This document shows positions 7,141 to 17,236 of a stretch of DNA of 64,000 nucleotides, piece by piece. The notes beneath the pieces were generated by a model that did no database searches, was not told where the DNA came from, and was given only the letters and a program-made list of their open reading frames with translations. Position numbers and translations under genes: made by a program. Origin of the DNA: Elusimicrobiota bacterium (GTDB lineage Bacteria > CG03 > SLGR01 > JAGXOG01); contig JBNJDT010000001.1 of the NCBI GenBank assembly GCA_051745145.1, positions 32,001 to 96,000 of the forward strand, read 5' to 3'. How positions within the stretch are numbered: position 1 is the first letter of the stretch; every line of letters starts with the position of its first letter.

Positions 7141-10053
7141 TTATTTTTCTATTGATAAATTACATAATTTTCTGTACGGACAATAACGGCAAGATTTACC
7201 TTTACGCGACGGGAATTTTTCATACTGGATTCCTTTTATTAAACTATTTAACCGCCGATTTAAGAATCTTATTTTATTTACTAAAACCAACTTATTAAGA
7301 TTTACAAAATATAATTTACATTTAATATTCTTTAAATTAAATACCTCTTTAAGGGCTTTGGTATATATGGATAGCTGCAGTTTATAAGGAGCTGTATGAG
7401 CCGTTGAGGAAGTCTTATAATCTATTAAAACGGTACTTCCGGATACATTATCCACCCTGTCTACCGTACCTTTTATATAGCAGTTATTATATTTTAATAC
7501 AAAAGGTTTTTCCGAATAAATAATATCCTTTTTTGAATTTAAAATACCTGACTTATAAATATTTTCTACTGCGTTCTTAACCTTTTTCTTATAAAATTTT
7601 TGATATATATTTTTTTTAATTCCACTTTTTAGTATAAGTTCTCTGATTTTTTCTTCCATTTCCAACCGGCTTTCAAAATTTTTTAGTTTAACGTATTCCT
7701 CTAGCATACGGTGTACAGATGACCCAAAAAGCGTCGGAGAAAACTCTCCTTTTCCCGGTGGTTTTGGAACTCTGTGTTTATATCTAAATTTATATAGCAA
7801 AGGACAATTGGAATAAGTCTCCAGTTCGGTAACTGAAAATTCTTTTTTTACTTCTCTATTTTTAAAATAAACCGGCAACCCTAAATTATTTATATATTTT
7901 TTAATATCTCTAGATTTCATTGTCTTTTTCAACTCTTTTTTACTTTTTGAAATAATGCCAGAGTCTTTTCGACGATCTAACTTAGGATTTTTTTTAATGC
8001 GGGTTATATTCTTTTTTAAACCGTTTTTTAATTCAAACTTTTTTTCTTTTTTAGTTAAAAAATAGTTCATAAACTTGGATATTTTCCCACGAAAATTCTT
8101 TTGACCGGTTATTATAAGCTTTTCCTGCGCTCTGGTCAGTGCAACATATAGCAATCTTCTTTCCTCCTGGTTATGATTTTTGTAAAGCCGGGGTTTTAAG
8201 TAAGTTGAATATAGAGAATTTCTATCATTATCTCTAATTACTAAACCCAGTTTTTTATTGAAATGATATCTATCCATTTTTTTCTGACCAGGAAAATTAG
8301 CTCTGGATATGTTAGAGACAAAAACTACCGGAAATTCCAGGCCTTTAGCTTGATGAATTGACATTAAATGTACTACCTCCTCAACCTGGGGCCGGGCCTC
8401 CGGTTCGCCTATTTGGGCCTGCTCTATCTTTCTTAAATGGTGGGCGTAATCAATCAAAGTGGTAAATACATTTTTTTGGGCATAGCTGCGGGCCTTGCTT
8501 ATAAATTTTTTAATATTGGTCATCTCTCTGGAACTTTTACCGCCCGGTCTGGATAAGGCCCAGTATATTAAACCGCTTTTTTCCAATAATTCATTCAGTA
8601 AAGTAACTATATCGGTACTGTTTCTCTCAGAACGAAAATATCTGATTAAATTCACTAATCTTTCTGCAGCTTCTAAATTGCTGTTTTTAAGGTTTTCAAA
8701 AAGATTTCTATCTTTCCCATTAGCCCCGGCTATTTTTGCTATTTCTGAATCTTTTACCCCAAAAGCCGGTGACCGCAATATTCTTACAAGCTCACGTTCA
8801 GAAAAAGGATTTTCAATTAGAATTATAAACGATATTAGATCCTTTATTTCCGGCTGTTTATAAAAACCAGTTCCCCCTATTGTTACACTGTTTATATTTA
8901 AATTTCGGAGAGCTTCTTCATAATCCTGACAGTTTTTAACACCTCTGAAAAGAACTACTATATCCTGGGGATTATATCCTTCCGACAATAATTTTTTAAC
9001 TCGCAAAGCAACAAATTCTGCTTCTTTTTTACGATCTTCTCCTAAAAATAATTCCACATTTCCTTTACCGGGAATTGAACATTCTATGGGATGATAAGAC
9101 GTTAACTCTTCTTCAAATACAGTATTTATTACTTGTGGAATGGGCTCTTGCGACCTAAAATTTCTAGTTAAAACCACCTTTCTATTATCCGGTAATTCAC
9201 TATAATAATCCATAATATGCTGGGGTCTTGCTCCACGAAAGCCATATATTGATTGCTGCTCATCCCCTACGGCAAAATAATTATTTTGAGGCTGGGCAAT
9301 AACTTTTAATAAATTTACCTGAGCAGGATTTGTATCCTGATATTCATCTACCAGTATATATTTATATTTTTCCTGTATTTCTTTTTTTATACGGTTATCA
9401 CTTTTAATAATAGAGTAAGTTGTCGTAAGTAGTTTACCAAAATCCATAAAATTATTTTCACTTAATTTAGTTTCATAATTTTTATATAAAGCATAAATTG
9501 CCCGATGAATATTCGGATTATTTTTTTTATTACTTTTAAAATCCTTAGGTGTTATCAGTCTTTGCTTGAGTTTATTTATAAGCGCAAATGCATCTGCAAG
9601 AAAATCTTCCCTGGACTCATCTATATCCAACGACCAATCTATCTTATTTTCTAGAATATTAAGCCCTACTTTTCTAAAAAACAAGTTAGATTCTACCGCA
9701 TCTAAAACTCTGAACTCCGGATCTATCCCAACCCGGAAAGAATTTTCTTTTATAAATCTGGAACAGAATCCATCAATCGTTGAGATTTGAGCACTTCTTA
9801 AAACATCTTCCGAGATTTCATTGGAAAGTCTCTCTTTCATTTCACTGGCGGCTCTTTTTGTAAATGTTACAGTAAGTATAGAACTGCATAACTCTTGTGC
9901 GGAAATATTTTTCTCTAAATTATTCTCATAAATATTTATATATTTATTTACCAGAACCCTGGTTTTCCCGGTACCCGCACCGGCTTTAACTACAAATTTA
10001 CCCGGGGTGGATTTTACGGCTTTGAATTGCTGATCAGTAAATTTTTTATTCAT
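7141..10053 (-). CDS. AdnB/AddA-like SF1 helicase-nuclease (intact motor)
   Basis: AGAGTGKT, VDEYQDTN, GDEQQSIYGFRGA, SIHQAKGLEF, EERRLLYVALTRA; C-terminal GTVDRVD..DYKT nuclease with C...CxxCxxxxxC. Confidence 0.9.
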   Translation of the reverse strand: MNKKFTDQQFKAVKSTPGKFVVKAGAGTGKTRVLVNKYINIYENNLEKNISAQELCSSILTVTFTKRAASEMKERLSNEISEDVLRSAQISTIDGFCSRFIKENSFRVGIDPEFRVLDAVESNLFFRKVGLNILENKIDWSLDIDESREDFLADAFALINKLKQRLITPKDFKSNKKNNPNIHRAIYALYKNYETKLSENNFMDFGKLLTTTYSIIKSDNRIKKEIQEKYKYILVDEYQDTNPAQVNLLKVIAQPQNNYFAVGDEQQSIYGFRGARPQHIMDYYSELPDNRKVVLTRNFRSQEPIPQVINTVFEEELTSYHPIECSIPGKGNVELFLGEDRKKEAEFVALRVKKLLSEGYNPQDIVVLFRGVKNCQDYEEALRNLNINSVTIGGTGFYKQPEIKDLISFIILIENPFSERELVRILRSPAFGVKDSEIAKIAGANGKDRNLFENLKNSNLEAAERLVNLIRYFRSERNSTDIVTLLNELLEKSGLIYWALSRPGGKSSREMTNIKKFISKARSYAQKNVFTTLIDYAHHLRKIEQAQIGEPEARPQVEEVVHLMSIHQAKGLEFPVVFVSNISRANFPGQKKMDRYHFNKKLGLVIRDNDRNSLYSTYLKPRLYKNHNQEERRLLYVALTRAQEKLIITGQKNFRGKISKFMNYFLTKKEKKFELKNGLKKNITRIKKNPKLDRRKDSGIISKSKKELKKTMKSRDIKKYINNLGLPVYFKNREVKKEFSVTELETYSNCPLLYKFRYKHRVPKPPGKGEFSPTLFGSSVHRMLEEYVKLKNFESRLEMEEKIRELILKSGIKKNIYQKFYKKKVKNAVENIYKSGILNSKKDIIYSEKPFVLKYNNCYIKGTVDRVDNVSGSTVLIDYKTSSTAHTAPYKLQLSIYTKALKEVFNLKNIKCKLYFVNLNKLVLVNKIRFLNRRLNSLIKGIQYEKFPSRKGKSCRYCPYRKLCNLSIEK

Positions 10054-10054
10054 C

Positions 10055-12793
10055 TTATCGTTTGCACAGTCTTCTGTAGTAACAAAACCGGCATTTACTG
10101 CTTTTACTAGGGGCTTCTTGAAAATTGCCTTTTTTAATTTCCGCCACGGTACTCTTTAAAGTTTCTCTGGCCTTATGGGAAATCCGGGATGCTCTTTCCT
10201 GAGTAAAATCAATATTAACTTCCATTTTTTCGGCTTTTTTTCTCAATCTTAAAACAGTAAAGTATTGTGAATTTACCGCCCATTTATAAATGGGAATCTG
10301 AAAGTTCTCCCCTCTTTCTACAGCATTTAATAACCCCCTCTTTCCCGGAACTCTTTTACCCGTTTTATAATCAACTGTTCTCGTCTTACCGGAGGGGAGT
10401 TTATCTTCACGGTCAACTCTACCTCTTAATTTTATATTTTCCACTTCAGTATAAAATTTTTTTTCTGTATTTTTAACTTTAAAATTTTCCGCGCCCGGAC
10501 CGGTAAAATATTCTTCCACTATATTTAAAGTTTTTTTATACAAATTTCTACTTTCAAATTCCGAGTAAAACTCAAATCCCCCCCATATATCTTTTAGTTT
10601 ATTTAAGGCTTCTTTTTTATTATCAATTCCCGCTTCATATAATTTTTGAAAAACTCCGTGAGCCACAATTCCAAATGATTTATATATAGAATCCGGTTCA
10701 TTTAATCCCACTACATACCTATAAAAAAGTATACGGGGACATTTAACATAACTTTCTAAAAGTGTATAGGAGAATATATCCGGTAAATTATCTTTAACTC
10801 TATTAAATAGCCGTTCATATTTATAATTTTTAACTTGTCTCAGTAAATTGAATTTTTCGCTAACATCTTCGTCTTCGGAGACCACATCTTCTGCTTTTTT
10901 TGTTATCCCGTCTTCAGCTATTTTAGAAATAAGATCAGAATCATTAATAATAAATTCTGATTCTCCGTGACTTACAGGCTGTAACTGTTCTTTCTCTAAA
11001 AATTCAGATCTGTTTTTGACATTCCCGGAATTTTCAAAATTATACCAGGTATATATTACTTCACTACTAGCCCGACTTTGAGCTATTTTGTAAAGCCTTT
11101 TTTCAAACTTATATCTTTGCTCAACATTAAAAACCGGTTTAATATTCAGGACTTTATAATCTTTAACTTTCAGCAGCGGATTTTCAAAAAACGGCCTGGG
11201 AAACGTATCTTCTACCATATCTATAAGATAAACTATTTTACATTCTAAATTTTTCGCCTGCTGAACCGTCATAATTTTTACTGCCTCTATATCTGGAACA
11301 TGGGGAATATTTAAATCTTTTCCAAATCCGCTAAGCAATTCATAGAAATTATCCATAAGCAATTTAAAAGTAAGTTTTTTTCCTTCCAAACTTTCATAAT
11401 GCTGTGAATAATCTTCTACAATCTTATAAAAATACCCATATAATTCAGCACCGAATTTATTATTAGCGGCTCTTTTTAAAAAACCGAATTTTTCCATAAT
11501 GTAATATATAAATTCTAAGGCATCCTTGTTTTTAGATTCCCTCCTAAGATTATCCATATATAAATTAAATTCTCTAAATTTTTCCGGATAATTTTCTTCC
11601 ATAACAGTAATTAGGGATTTCGATTTCAAAATAGCTTTATTCTGTAATTTGTCTATTTTTTTATCTTCAATAATCCCAGATATTTTCAACATTCTTCTCA
11701 ACTTAATACCCTGTAAATCTTCTTTACCATCTATATAAGCTAAAATTGACATCATCTCTATTACTTCCGGTTGTCTGAAAAAACCTATGCCCCCCAGTGT
11801 TACGCTATTTATACCCTGACTTTTTAAAGCCTGAGTAAAAAGTTCCATATTTTCTCCTACAGACCGGCCGATTATAATGATATCCGAAGGGGTTACCTCT
11901 TTTTTCTTTAACTTTATCGCAATATCGGCGGCAACTTTTTTAGCCTGTTCATCTCTTGTTGAGGCTTCAATAAATTTTTTTTCAAGCCCGGACTTACTTA
12001 ATTTTTGTTTCATGGTTTTTATCTCAAAATCAAACTTTTGAGTTAACTTTTGTTTCAACTTATATGGCCGGGCACCCCGAAAACTATATACAGAAATTAA
12101 AGGCGATAAAGATATAAAAGCATGCTCTGCATTTTCTCCTATCCGGGAAATTATATCCCCCATTATTAAATCCATATCTTCGGTTTCATAACTTATAATT
12201 ATCTTAAATTGAAATAGATCGGGATGGTTTTTAATCATTTTCCGGGTACTCAAATGTAAATCCACAAAATCAGCGTAATTAAGCTTTTTAAGTTCCCGTT
12301 GGTAAAGTTGTAGTATCTTTTTTAATTCTAAATACTTTTGCTTTTGTGAACCTTTTGCATCTTTGATTTTTTCTGTCCAGTTAGGGTTTCTCTTGGCAAT
12401 ATCTATAAAATTCGATATCTCTCTTACCAATCCCTCTTTATTCCCAGCAGTTTTAAAAAATCTTAAATTTAAATTTCTTTTTAAAAGAGTCCGGACAATT
12501 AGTCTTTTTTCAAAATCCGTAATAATTTTAAAGCCGGGATTGAGATCTGTATAAAAATAATTTTCTCTTAAAACTTTTTTACAAAAAGAAGTACCACTTT
12601 CTATCCATAACTCACTGTAAGAATTTAAAATATTCTTTGCACACTCTTTAAAATTTTCTGCTGATTTTACAGAATTGGTTAAGATAAGTATATTCTCTGT
12701 TGAAATATTCCTTTTTAAAAAATTTTTTAACTTTGTTTTAAGATAACTTTTTTTGCCCGAGCGGGGAGGTCCCTGTATAAGTTCAAAGACCAT
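10055..12793 (-). CDS. AdnA/AddB-like helicase-nuclease (degenerate motor)
   Basis: GPPRSGKK, YETEDMD replacing DEYQD, SVYSFRGA; C-terminal GRVDRED..DYKTG with four Cys. Confidence 0.85.
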   Translation of the reverse strand: MVFELIQGPPRSGKKSYLKTKLKNFLKRNISTENILILTNSVKSAENFKECAKNILNSYSELWIESGTSFCKKVLRENYFYTDLNPGFKIITDFEKRLIVRTLLKRNLNLRFFKTAGNKEGLVREISNFIDIAKRNPNWTEKIKDAKGSQKQKYLELKKILQLYQRELKKLNYADFVDLHLSTRKMIKNHPDLFQFKIIISYETEDMDLIMGDIISRIGENAEHAFISLSPLISVYSFRGARPYKLKQKLTQKFDFEIKTMKQKLSKSGLEKKFIEASTRDEQAKKVAADIAIKLKKKEVTPSDIIIIGRSVGENMELFTQALKSQGINSVTLGGIGFFRQPEVIEMMSILAYIDGKEDLQGIKLRRMLKISGIIEDKKIDKLQNKAILKSKSLITVMEENYPEKFREFNLYMDNLRRESKNKDALEFIYYIMEKFGFLKRAANNKFGAELYGYFYKIVEDYSQHYESLEGKKLTFKLLMDNFYELLSGFGKDLNIPHVPDIEAVKIMTVQQAKNLECKIVYLIDMVEDTFPRPFFENPLLKVKDYKVLNIKPVFNVEQRYKFEKRLYKIAQSRASSEVIYTWYNFENSGNVKNRSEFLEKEQLQPVSHGESEFIINDSDLISKIAEDGITKKAEDVVSEDEDVSEKFNLLRQVKNYKYERLFNRVKDNLPDIFSYTLLESYVKCPRILFYRYVVGLNEPDSIYKSFGIVAHGVFQKLYEAGIDNKKEALNKLKDIWGGFEFYSEFESRNLYKKTLNIVEEYFTGPGAENFKVKNTEKKFYTEVENIKLRGRVDREDKLPSGKTRTVDYKTGKRVPGKRGLLNAVERGENFQIPIYKWAVNSQYFTVLRLRKKAEKMEVNIDFTQERASRISHKARETLKSTVAEIKKGNFQEAPSKSSKCRFCYYRRLCKR

Positions 12794-14066
12794 GCCGGTG
12801 TATTTTTAAAGTATCCCGAGGATAAATTTTAGTTGAGGCAAGATTATTCCACTTTTTTATTGCATTCATGCTCACATTAAACTTCCTTGATATTGTCCAA
12901 AGACTATCCCCTCGCCTTACTTTATAATATACCACCCGACGTTTCCGCCGGCTTATTTGTTGAGCGGTAAGATAATTTTCTTCGGAAAAATTTGCAATAA
13001 ATTGTTCGTAATTTTCAGCGGGTATTTTAATTTTATATTCTTTGCCCGGTGGAGTACACATCTGCTTTAATTCAGCATTTAATAATTGTATCTCCTGTAT
13101 ATCTCCCCCACATAAATCAGCCACATTTCTTAAATCAATACTGTCTTCAACGGTATACTCTTTCCAATTGTATCCTTTTTCATAAAAAGATTCCATTCCA
13201 AATAATTCGGGCTCTTTTATAATAAACATAGCCGACATAATTTTTGGTACAAAATTTTCGGTTTCCCTCGGTAAAAAAAGTTCCCAGTAGTCATCTGTAC
13301 CCCATCTTTTTATTCTCCGCCGAACCCCACTAGCTCCATAATTGTAACCGGCCAGAGCCATTTCCCAGCTTCCCAACTGTTCATATAATGCTTTCAAATA
13401 TTTTGCCGCTGCCTTGGTCGCCTTGTACGGGTCTCTCCTTTCATCTATCCAGTAGTTGATTTTTAATCCCTGTTTTTTCGCAGTGGATTCTATAAACTGC
13501 CACATGCCCACGGCTCCCGCATGAGATTTTGCAAATGGCGAATAACCGGATTCAATAATAGGTACGTATGCTAAATCTTCCGGCAACTCATGTTCAGATA
13601 AAATCTTTTTCACATCATTTATATATTTTTTTGAGCGACCGATCCACTTGTTAAAATTTTTTGCCCCCCGGGTAGTATAATAATCTATCCATTTTTCAAC
13701 TCTAGAATTCCAGACTAATGGAAAAAGCTCTGTCTCTATATAGGTATTGCGGGAAAACGGTGATTGATTGGCTTTTAATCTCAGTAAAGCTACCTGACTG
13801 TGAAATTTTTCATATTCAGAATCACTCAGTTTTTCTTTGTTCTCTATAACTTTCTGAATAACATAATCACATATTTCTCTTACAGATTCAATGTTATTAT
13901 CTTCTAACTCACTTTGAGCTGCTTTTAAATTTTCGCCTATATTTGACCTTGTAGAATCCAAATCAAAGTTATCCTTAATTTCTACCCGTGACTGACCATT
14001 CAAAAAAGTACATCCGGATATTATAAAAAATATTCCCGGCAGTAAAAATTTATAAAAATTATTAAT
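12783..14066 (-). CDS. mltD: MltD-like lytic transglycosylase with LysM, probable lipoprotein
   Basis: IESGY, AGAVGMWQF, DERRDP, GYNYG, LPRETENFVPK, C-terminal LysM. The frame stays open upstream of 14003 through a lipoprotein signal peptide; start position is uncertain. Confidence 0.88.
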   Translation of the reverse strand: MNNFYKFLLPGIFFIISGCTFLNGQSRVEIKDNFDLDSTRSNIGENLKAAQSELEDNNIESVREICDYVIQKVIENKEKLSDSEYEKFHSQVALLRLKANQSPFSRNTYIETELFPLVWNSRVEKWIDYYTTRGAKNFNKWIGRSKKYINDVKKILSEHELPEDLAYVPIIESGYSPFAKSHAGAVGMWQFIESTAKKQGLKINYWIDERRDPYKATKAAAKYLKALYEQLGSWEMALAGYNYGASGVRRRIKRWGTDDYWELFLPRETENFVPKIMSAMFIIKEPELFGMESFYEKGYNWKEYTVEDSIDLRNVADLCGGDIQEIQLLNAELKQMCTPPGKEYKIKIPAENYEQFIANFSEENYLTAQQISRRKRRVVYYKVRRGDSLWTISRKFNVSMNAIKKWNNLASTKIYPRDTLKIHRHGL

Positions 14067-14304
14067 TATTTTCTTCTTTTTGATGTTTTTCTTTAGTTCT
14101 CTTTTTGAGTTTTTCCTGAAGATTACTTATCTCCTTTCTCTTCTGTTCTTCTCTTTCAGAATTAAGTTCAAAATTTATATCCAGACAAGCTCCCTCGTAG
14201 ACATCAATATCGAACTGTTCCACCGGAATAAGCATCTTTCCGCCATTTTCTACTTCTATAACAACAGTTTCACCATCCTCAATCCTGTCAATAACTGCTC
14301 TCAT
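14062..14304 (-). CDS. DUF3006-like small protein
   Basis: AVIDRIEDGETVVIE...EG.CL pattern with a C-terminal charged helix; GAGGAG RBS. Confidence 0.75.
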   Translation of the reverse strand: MRAVIDRIEDGETVVIEVENGGKMLIPVEQFDIDVYEGACLDINFELNSEREEQKRKEISNLQEKLKKRTKEKHQKEENN

Positions 14305-14353
14305 ATTAAACTCCTCTTAAAGTATTTTATAATTACAGTAAACAAGTTAAAAA

Positions 14354-15394
14354 CTATTTCTCGTCCGTCGGAGTGGCATACTCTATAGTTCTTATGGGAA
14401 ACGGAATAACTATTCCCTCCCTATTATATCTTTTATGTAATCTCTTTATAAATTCATGCTGTAACGTAAATCTGTTAAAATATTCTTTAACTCTTAAGAT
14501 TATCTTTAAATCAATAGAGGAATCGTTAAAAGTAGTAAATCTTACTTTGGGTTCAAAAGTACCGTCTCCCCCTTTTATATCTTTTAAAACCTGCTTCGCT
14601 ATTTCTATAGTTACTTTTTCTACTTTTTCCAGGTCACTTTCATAGGATACACCTACCGGGATTCTCAAAATACAATTTTTCCCGGATAAATTATAATTTG
14701 TAACAATTACATTGCCCAGGGTAGAATTTGGTATTACTATCATATTTTCTTCCCTGGTCTTTATTGTTGAATTCCTCCAGGTTATATCTACAACTTCTCC
14801 CTGTTGCCCGGATTCTAACATAACAAAATCACCTACCCGGACCTGGCCGGCAAAAATTATTTGTAACCCGGCAAAAAGGTTTGATAAAGTTTCCTGAAGG
14901 GCTAAAGCCACAGCCAGTCCTCCTACACCCAGTGCTGTTATAAGAGGAGTTATCTTTATGCCCAGACTCTGAAATACTAATAACAAGCCTACTACAAATA
15001 CCGCTATCTTTATAAGAGTTACAACTATAGTAGTTGACTGGAGTCCGGACTGGGCCCTATCTGCATAATATTTGGCCAAATTTGCTATTACCTTTATTAC
15101 TGCAAAAGTAACTGTAGTAATAAATAATATTACAATTGTATTTGTAATAAATCCGCCGGTTTTAGCGGAGACCCCAAAGAATGGAAATGCTATTCTTGCG
15201 CCGACAAGAAAAAACCAGAAACTTATATATGATTTAAAAGGTTCTATAACATACTTCCAAAATTCGTTTATTTTTGTTACAGCTTTTACTAAATAATTAA
15301 ACAAAAATTTTTTTATCACCACTCCCGCTAACCAGAAAGAAAATACTATGGCAACAGGTGTAATAAACGAAGGATTTAAAAATTTTTCAAGCAT
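14354..15394 (-). CDS. mscS: Small-conductance mechanosensitive channel
   Basis: ALGVGGLAVALALQETLSNLFAG, VGD, IPNS, VGVSYESDL, GIVIPFP. Confidence 0.95.
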   Translation of the reverse strand: MLEKFLNPSFITPVAIVFSFWLAGVVIKKFLFNYLVKAVTKINEFWKYVIEPFKSYISFWFFLVGARIAFPFFGVSAKTGGFITNTIVILFITTVTFAVIKVIANLAKYYADRAQSGLQSTTIVVTLIKIAVFVVGLLLVFQSLGIKITPLITALGVGGLAVALALQETLSNLFAGLQIIFAGQVRVGDFVMLESGQQGEVVDITWRNSTIKTREENMIVIPNSTLGNVIVTNYNLSGKNCILRIPVGVSYESDLEKVEKVTIEIAKQVLKDIKGGDGTFEPKVRFTTFNDSSIDLKIILRVKEYFNRFTLQHEFIKRLHKRYNREGIVIPFPIRTIEYATPTDEK

Positions 15395-15609
15395 AATTTT
15401 CTCCTAACGATAAAATTATATACAGGCATTTAAAATCTAAATGCCGTACTAAACTTCTTAAATTTTAAGCCTATTTAAATAAAATTCTACTTATATTATT
15501 TTGATTTTATAAAATTTATCTTTCTATAGCAAATTTTATAAAAATTTCACTTTTTAAAAAATTTTTGTTATCTTTAAAAAGGTAATTGTAAAATATAAGG
15601 AGATATTTA

Positions 15610-16122
15610 ATGAGTATTTTAACTAAAAATCAAATACTAAAAGAAATTCAAGAAGGTAATATTAAAATCAATCCGTTTAATAAAGAGCGGATAGGACCCG
15701 CCTCAATAGACTTAAGTCTAGATAATAAATTTCGGGTTTTCAAAAAAATTCACGGTACTTTTGCAGTAAAGGAAGAAGCAAATCACGAAGATGTCACTGA
15801 ATATATAGAAGTTGAGGATTATTTTTTATTAATGCCCGGTGAAAGTGTCTTGGGAATTACTAAAGAAAAGATATGCCTTCCTCAAGACATTTGCGGATGG
15901 CTGGAGGGACGGAGTACTTTTGCACGCCTGGGCCTTACAGTCCATGTAACCGCAAGTTTCATGCATCCCGGTATCAAAAGCAAGCAGGTTCTTGAGATAA
16001 ATAATGTTTCCTCAATACCTTTAGAACTTTATCCGGGTACGTATATCTGTCAGTTTATATTTCAGCGCTGCGAAGGCAAAGCTAAATACACAGGCAAATA
16101 CCGAAAACAGGAAAGACCGTAA
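15610..16122 (+). CDS. dcd: dCTP deaminase
   Basis: PASIDL, GRSTFARLGL, LEINN, ICQFIF, YTGKY. Confidence 0.92.
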   Translation: MSILTKNQILKEIQEGNIKINPFNKERIGPASIDLSLDNKFRVFKKIHGTFAVKEEANHEDVTEYIEVEDYFLLMPGESVLGITKEKICLPQDICGWLEGRSTFARLGLTVHVTASFMHPGIKSKQVLEINNVSSIPLELYPGTYICQFIFQRCEGKAKYTGKYRKQERP

Positions 16123-16140
16123 AATTTATTATATTTTTAC

Positions 16141-16584
16141 TTACTTAAGTTCCTCGATTTTTTTCTGTATTTTTTCCTGTCCTTCCGGAGAACCTAAAAA
16201 TCCTGGTTTTTGCTGCTCAAATTCTTGAAGTTCCTCTTCAGTAATTCCAAGCTGCTCTCTTACTTCTTTAGCTTCTTCTTTAAGCTGCGACTGCAACTGG
16301 TCTACTTTTTCAGAATCTCCTTCCCCCATAGCTTCGGCAAATTCATCTTCGTGCTCCTGCTGTTTGAGCTGCATACGGGCAGAATATTCTATGTAATCCT
16401 CTTCCGATAAGGAAACTTCAACATCGGCTTGGGCTTTTTTATCCGGTTCTTCTTTTTTGGACCGTTGCGGAGTTTCTATTTTTTCTCCCTCTTTACCTTC
16501 TCCCTCTTCACCGCCGTTGCCGCATCCGGCAACAAGAAAAAACACGGCAACTGTCAACCCCAACAAGATTTTTCCAATTTTCAT
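16141..16584 (-). CDS. Acidic helical lipoprotein, function unknown
   Basis: Signal peptide with VAGC lipobox; E/Q/K-rich mature region. Confidence 0.8.
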   Translation of the reverse strand: MKIGKILLGLTVAVFFLVAGCGNGGEEGEGKEGEKIETPQRSKKEEPDKKAQADVEVSLSEEDYIEYSARMQLKQQEHEDEFAEAMGEGDSEKVDQLQSQLKEEAKEVREQLGITEEELQEFEQQKPGFLGSPEGQEKIQKKIEELK

Positions 16585-16652
16585 TTTTTCCTCCTTTTTC
16601 CCGTTAAAAAATATTTTTTTGGGTCTTTACTTGTTTATTATAATAATTTTAT

Positions 16653-17141
16653 CTATTCTATGCCAATCCCTGCCGGAGCATTTCCCCCTGGAGTAGACGC
16701 TCCTTCTTCAATATCTAATTCTTCTAAAATTTCTTCGGTAACATCCCGAGCTCCGGCAAATAAGACATTCTCATCCATTACATAGTCATAGCCTTTTTCC
16801 TCGGCTATATTCCCGATATCCTCCTGCAATGATTGTGTAGCTTCTGCTTCTAAACGAACTCCGAGTTGCTGTAGTTGCTGCTGTATCATCTGCTGTCCCA
16901 TACGCTGTTCATCTTCATCCATTTCCTGCAACCGTTTTTGCAGCTTCTGCTGCTCTTTTTGAAACTCATTCTGGGCCTCTAAAAACGGGGGATACTTTTC
17001 AAGAATTCGATTTGTATTAACTGTGACAATAGTTAGCGAATCCTCGGCAAAAGAAACTGCTGATAATCCTGCAATAATTAATAGTACCGCGAAAAAAAAC
17101 CTAAAATTTTTACATATTTTTAAAATACTTGACTTGCTCAT
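16653..17141 (-). CDS. OmpH/Skp family periplasmic chaperone
   Basis: Signal peptide, IVTVNTNRIL, coiled coil, IAEEKGYDYVMD...DVTEEIL; ATG 17141 after GGAGG. Confidence 0.85.
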   Translation of the reverse strand: MSKSSILKICKNFRFFFAVLLIIAGLSAVSFAEDSLTIVTVNTNRILEKYPPFLEAQNEFQKEQQKLQKRLQEMDEDEQRMGQQMIQQQLQQLGVRLEAEATQSLQEDIGNIAEEKGYDYVMDENVLFAGARDVTEEILEELDIEEGASTPGGNAPAGIGIE

Positions 17142-17236
17142 TAAAATTTCCTCCTTAACTTTTTCTACCATATAATTCTTATCTATAAATTATAATATAT
17201 AAAATAAAATGTCAAAAAAAATAACTTCTTACTTAT

